The notes beneath the pieces are model-generated. The model searched no databases and was not told the origin of the DNA. It saw only the letters and a program-made list of their open reading frames with translations. A DNA stretch of 64,000 nucleotides from an uncultured Pseudomonadota bacterium (GTDB lineage: Bacteria; Desulfobacterota; Binatia; Binatales; Binataceae), in contig CAWCJN010000004.1 in assembly GCA_963795945.1 (NCBI GenBank), positions 117,680 through 181,679 of the forward strand, read 5' to 3'. This document shows positions 61,701 through 64,000 of this stretch, piece by piece. The position numbers were made by a program, and so were the translations under genes. The first letter of the stretch is position 1; each line of letters starts with the position of its first letter.

Positions 61701-62900
61701 TTGGTCTCGCAGCAGCCAGTAGTATTAATGCGTCGAGTGGCAGTTCCAATGAACAAGGCCGACGAGAGCTTTTCATTCAGCTTCGAGCAAGTAAACGATC
61801 TGGAGTGTTTGGCTATCCAGTGGCGAAAGCTTGAAAGCTCATCCAACGCATCTTTTTTTCAAAGCTGGGATTGGATTAATTGCTGGATCGCCGAGGCGCA
61901 AGTACAACCTTGGGTCTTAGTAGGGCGGCAATTCGGTTACATCGTACTGCTCGGATTGCTCTTACCATCACGTCAATGGCGCCATGGTATGATCCGCGCG
62001 GATACGCTCCTGCTGCATCAACTTGGAGACAAGGACAAGGACATAATTTCGATAGGTTATAATGGCTTTATTGTTGATTCGAATGCGAATGGCCAAATCA
62101 TAGACGAAGCGATTGCGTTTTTGCGTCATATAAGCACGGTTGATTTTGTCGAATTGCAGCTTAAAAGTGTTTCACAAGATTATTGGAATCGTGCACAGTT
62201 ATCCGGTTTCAGAAGGGTACTAATTTCACAAAATTGCTCATGGCAAGTGGATTTGCAAACAATTCGTCATTCCGGTCGAGCTTACATCGAACATCTGAGC
62301 GCAAATACACGGTACCAAATACGCAGAGCGACAAGATTATACATGACGCGGGGTGCAGTGACCATAACAGCTGCTCACGACAGAAGCGAAGCATTGCACT
62401 TTTTTGAAAGTCTGAAAGAACTGAACACCACTTACTGGTTGAATCGACAAAAAGTAGGATCCTTTACTTATCCATTTTTCGAGCGTTTTCATAGGCGCTT
62501 GATTCAAGATTGCCTATCTAAAGGAACCATAGAGCTGGTTCGGATCAGCGTTGGGAATGTCCCAATCGGCTACTTATACAACTTTGTTTATAATGGTACA
62601 GTATATGCTTACCAAAGTGGGTTCGCATATGAGAATGACTCTAAATTAAAGCCAGGTCTCGTCAGCCATCAGCTTTGCATCGAACAACATTTACATAATG
62701 GCGCTAATACGTACGATTTCCTTGCTGGCTATGGTCGCTATAAAACCAATCTTGGCATAGCTGGTCCTAGTATTTTTGATCTTTCGCTTCAGAAGCCGGC
62801 AATCTCACTTCGGGTCGAAGACTTGCTCAGAACGGCCAAACGCCGGGTCGTAAGTAAGATCTTCTCACGAGATATTGCGAATGGAAGTGCTATTGATTAG
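61701..62900 (+). CDS. FemAB/CelD-like (BioF2-type) GNAT acyltransferase, EPS-locus associated
   Basis: FFQSWDWINCW and YDFLAGYGRYKTNLG match the Acetyltransf_6 (CelD/BcsL, PEP-CTERM FemAB-related) family pattern. Confidence 0.7.
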   Translation: MVSQQPVVLMRRVAVPMNKADESFSFSFEQVNDLECLAIQWRKLESSSNASFFQSWDWINCWIAEAQVQPWVLVGRQFGYIVLLGLLLPSRQWRHGMIRADTLLLHQLGDKDKDIISIGYNGFIVDSNANGQIIDEAIAFLRHISTVDFVELQLKSVSQDYWNRAQLSGFRRVLISQNCSWQVDLQTIRHSGRAYIEHLSANTRYQIRRATRLYMTRGAVTITAAHDRSEALHFFESLKELNTTYWLNRQKVGSFTYPFFERFHRRLIQDCLSKGTIELVRISVGNVPIGYLYNFVYNGTVYAYQSGFAYENDSKLKPGLVSHQLCIEQHLHNGANTYDFLAGYGRYKTNLGIAGPSIFDLSLQKPAISLRVEDLLRTAKRRVVSKIFSRDIANGSAID

Positions 62901-62943
62901 TTGCGAGGCGCTAGTTTACTTTCACGTGTGATGCTCTTTTGCG

Positions 62944-63900
62944 ATGATTAAATCTGGCATCTGCACACTAGAGGATCTTCGAGCTATAAGTCTTAGCCGT
63001 GACTCTTCATCGAAAGCTTGCTTCATCGGTCTGTATCGCGAGCTCATGACAATGGAACCAGAGGCGGCATCACAGATGCGCGAGACTGTGCTACGAAGCT
63101 TTTCGGTTCGTAACGGAATCTTCAAGCGAACCAGTTGCAAAAGAATGTTGCAATTCGACCGTGAAATCCTGGACGTTATACACTCCAGCTTCGCCTCATC
63201 GGATCAGCATATCATACATGATATGGGCGTATCAGACGCACGCACTTCATGCGAGTTCTTTGAGGCTTTTTCCGCGTACGATGGAGTCGAACCAGAATTC
63301 TTCGCAACGGATCTATGCTTCACTGTTGTCGCGCTTCGGCGCGAGCACACGCGCACGACTGTTGTAGTTGATCACTGCAACAACGTTTTGCAGATAATGT
63401 TTCCACCGTTCGTTCTATCCTCACAATTTAGTATTCGGGATCGTTGCCTTTTTCCGATGAACACGCTTTTCTGGGTGCTATTAACACACACTTCCGTCAA
63501 GCAAACTCTTCATTTACACAAAACCGGCGATCATTCAGTCTCACGTACAGATATATCGCTAATAAGTCCAGAAGCTCAACGCCTCGCTGCCCGAACTTGC
63601 CGTTTTCACCTAGAGCAGTACGATGCATTCGACAATGCCCCGAGAAGATACTCCATTGTACGAGCCATGAACTTGTTCAACCGCAGTTACTTTTCAGATG
63701 CCATTATTTTCAAAGGAGTAGCGAACGTACTGGGATCCCTTTCAGAGGGGGGAGCATTCATAATTGGGTCCAATGGTGATACTGGTTCTGTGGTTAATGG
63801 ATCAGTATACCTGAAGCGGAGAAATCGCTTCCATCGCATATATACGTCCGGAAAAGGTTCCGAGATCGACGAGCTCGTGTTGAAAGCGGGCAGCTATTGA
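62944..63900 (+). CDS. hypothetical protein, possibly a divergent class I methyltransferase
   Basis: IIHDMGVSDARTS loosely fits SAM motif I (hhDhGxGxGxxS). No other support. Confidence 0.3.
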   Translation: MIKSGICTLEDLRAISLSRDSSSKACFIGLYRELMTMEPEAASQMRETVLRSFSVRNGIFKRTSCKRMLQFDREILDVIHSSFASSDQHIIHDMGVSDARTSCEFFEAFSAYDGVEPEFFATDLCFTVVALRREHTRTTVVVDHCNNVLQIMFPPFVLSSQFSIRDRCLFPMNTLFWVLLTHTSVKQTLHLHKTGDHSVSRTDISLISPEAQRLAARTCRFHLEQYDAFDNAPRRYSIVRAMNLFNRSYFSDAIIFKGVANVLGSLSEGGAFIIGSNGDTGSVVNGSVYLKRRNRFHRIYTSGKGSEIDELVLKAGSY

Positions 63901-64000
63901 CTGCGACCTGATTCTTCGAGAGTCGAAATTATCTCGTCAGGACGCGACTACCTCTCCAGCGGCAGGATCACGAATGCTCGGTATACGACTTGCCCTAGTA

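Overview
This is a high-GC (about 60%) bacterial chromosomal window with dense coding on both strands. Several mosaic or accessory blocks sit inside it. Gene calls below rest on motifs read directly from the supplied translations.

**Contents, in order:**
1. A non-homologous end-joining (NHEJ) DNA-repair cluster on the minus strand. It holds a partial stand-alone ATP-dependent ligase (1-308), a separate LigD polymerase-domain gene, and a LigD 3'-phosphoesterase+ligase gene.
2. Isochorismatase-family hydrolase, then a Mn-catalase / Nramp MntH operon, then tRNA-Leu(CAA).
3. A methyltransferase and an SMP-30/gluconolactonase-family gene.
4. A three-ORF secreted repeat protein whose motifs resemble phage tail fibres. 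It is split at a G5 tract.
5. Two CaiB-type CoA-transferases (one frameshifted) and a YciI-family protein.
6. An ECF-type transporter operon in S / fused-AA' / T order.
7. A decayed mobile-element patch. It contains an IS1595-family remnant with an in-frame TAA and an internal deletion, a split DUF3800-like gene, a multiply frameshifted IS3/IS407-like orfB remnant, and a 5'-truncated GT2 gene.
8. A 630-bp low-GC non-coding gap, followed by an FmdB zinc-ribbon gene and a small His-rich secreted protein.
9. A four-copy tandem SDR (short-chain dehydrogenase/reductase) array in which copies 1 and 3 each carry a single-nucleotide indel.
10. ispF, moeA and another SDR.
11. A multiply frameshifted SLT (soluble lytic transglycosylase)-domain lytic-transglycosylase lipoprotein.
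12. A soluble histidine kinase, then a membrane hybrid histidine kinase with two receiver domains that is cut by an in-frame TAA.
13. A catabolic paralog island. It has three amidohydrolase-2 genes plus a 3' fragment of a fourth, three aldo/keto reductases (one disrupted), a LysR regulator divergent from a cupin, an LLM (luciferase-like) flavin-dependent monooxygenase, an APH-like kinase, and a frameshifted Zn-ADH.
14. An AI-2E-family transporter fused to a C-terminal cobalamin-binding-like module that lacks the canonical His ligand.
15. An exopolysaccharide biosynthesis/export locus. It has an ExeA-like AAA ATPase with TPRs, a secreted DUF1329-like protein, a Wza-like export lipoprotein, a Wzc-like copolymerase/BY-kinase with a C-terminal Tyr cluster, a GT4 glycosyltransferase, a MurJ/MviN-type flippase, and a FemAB/CelD-like acyltransferase.

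**Overall pattern:** At least ten otherwise recognisable genes are broken by 1-nt indels or in-frame stops. This could mean either unpolished assembly indel error or genuine gene decay.
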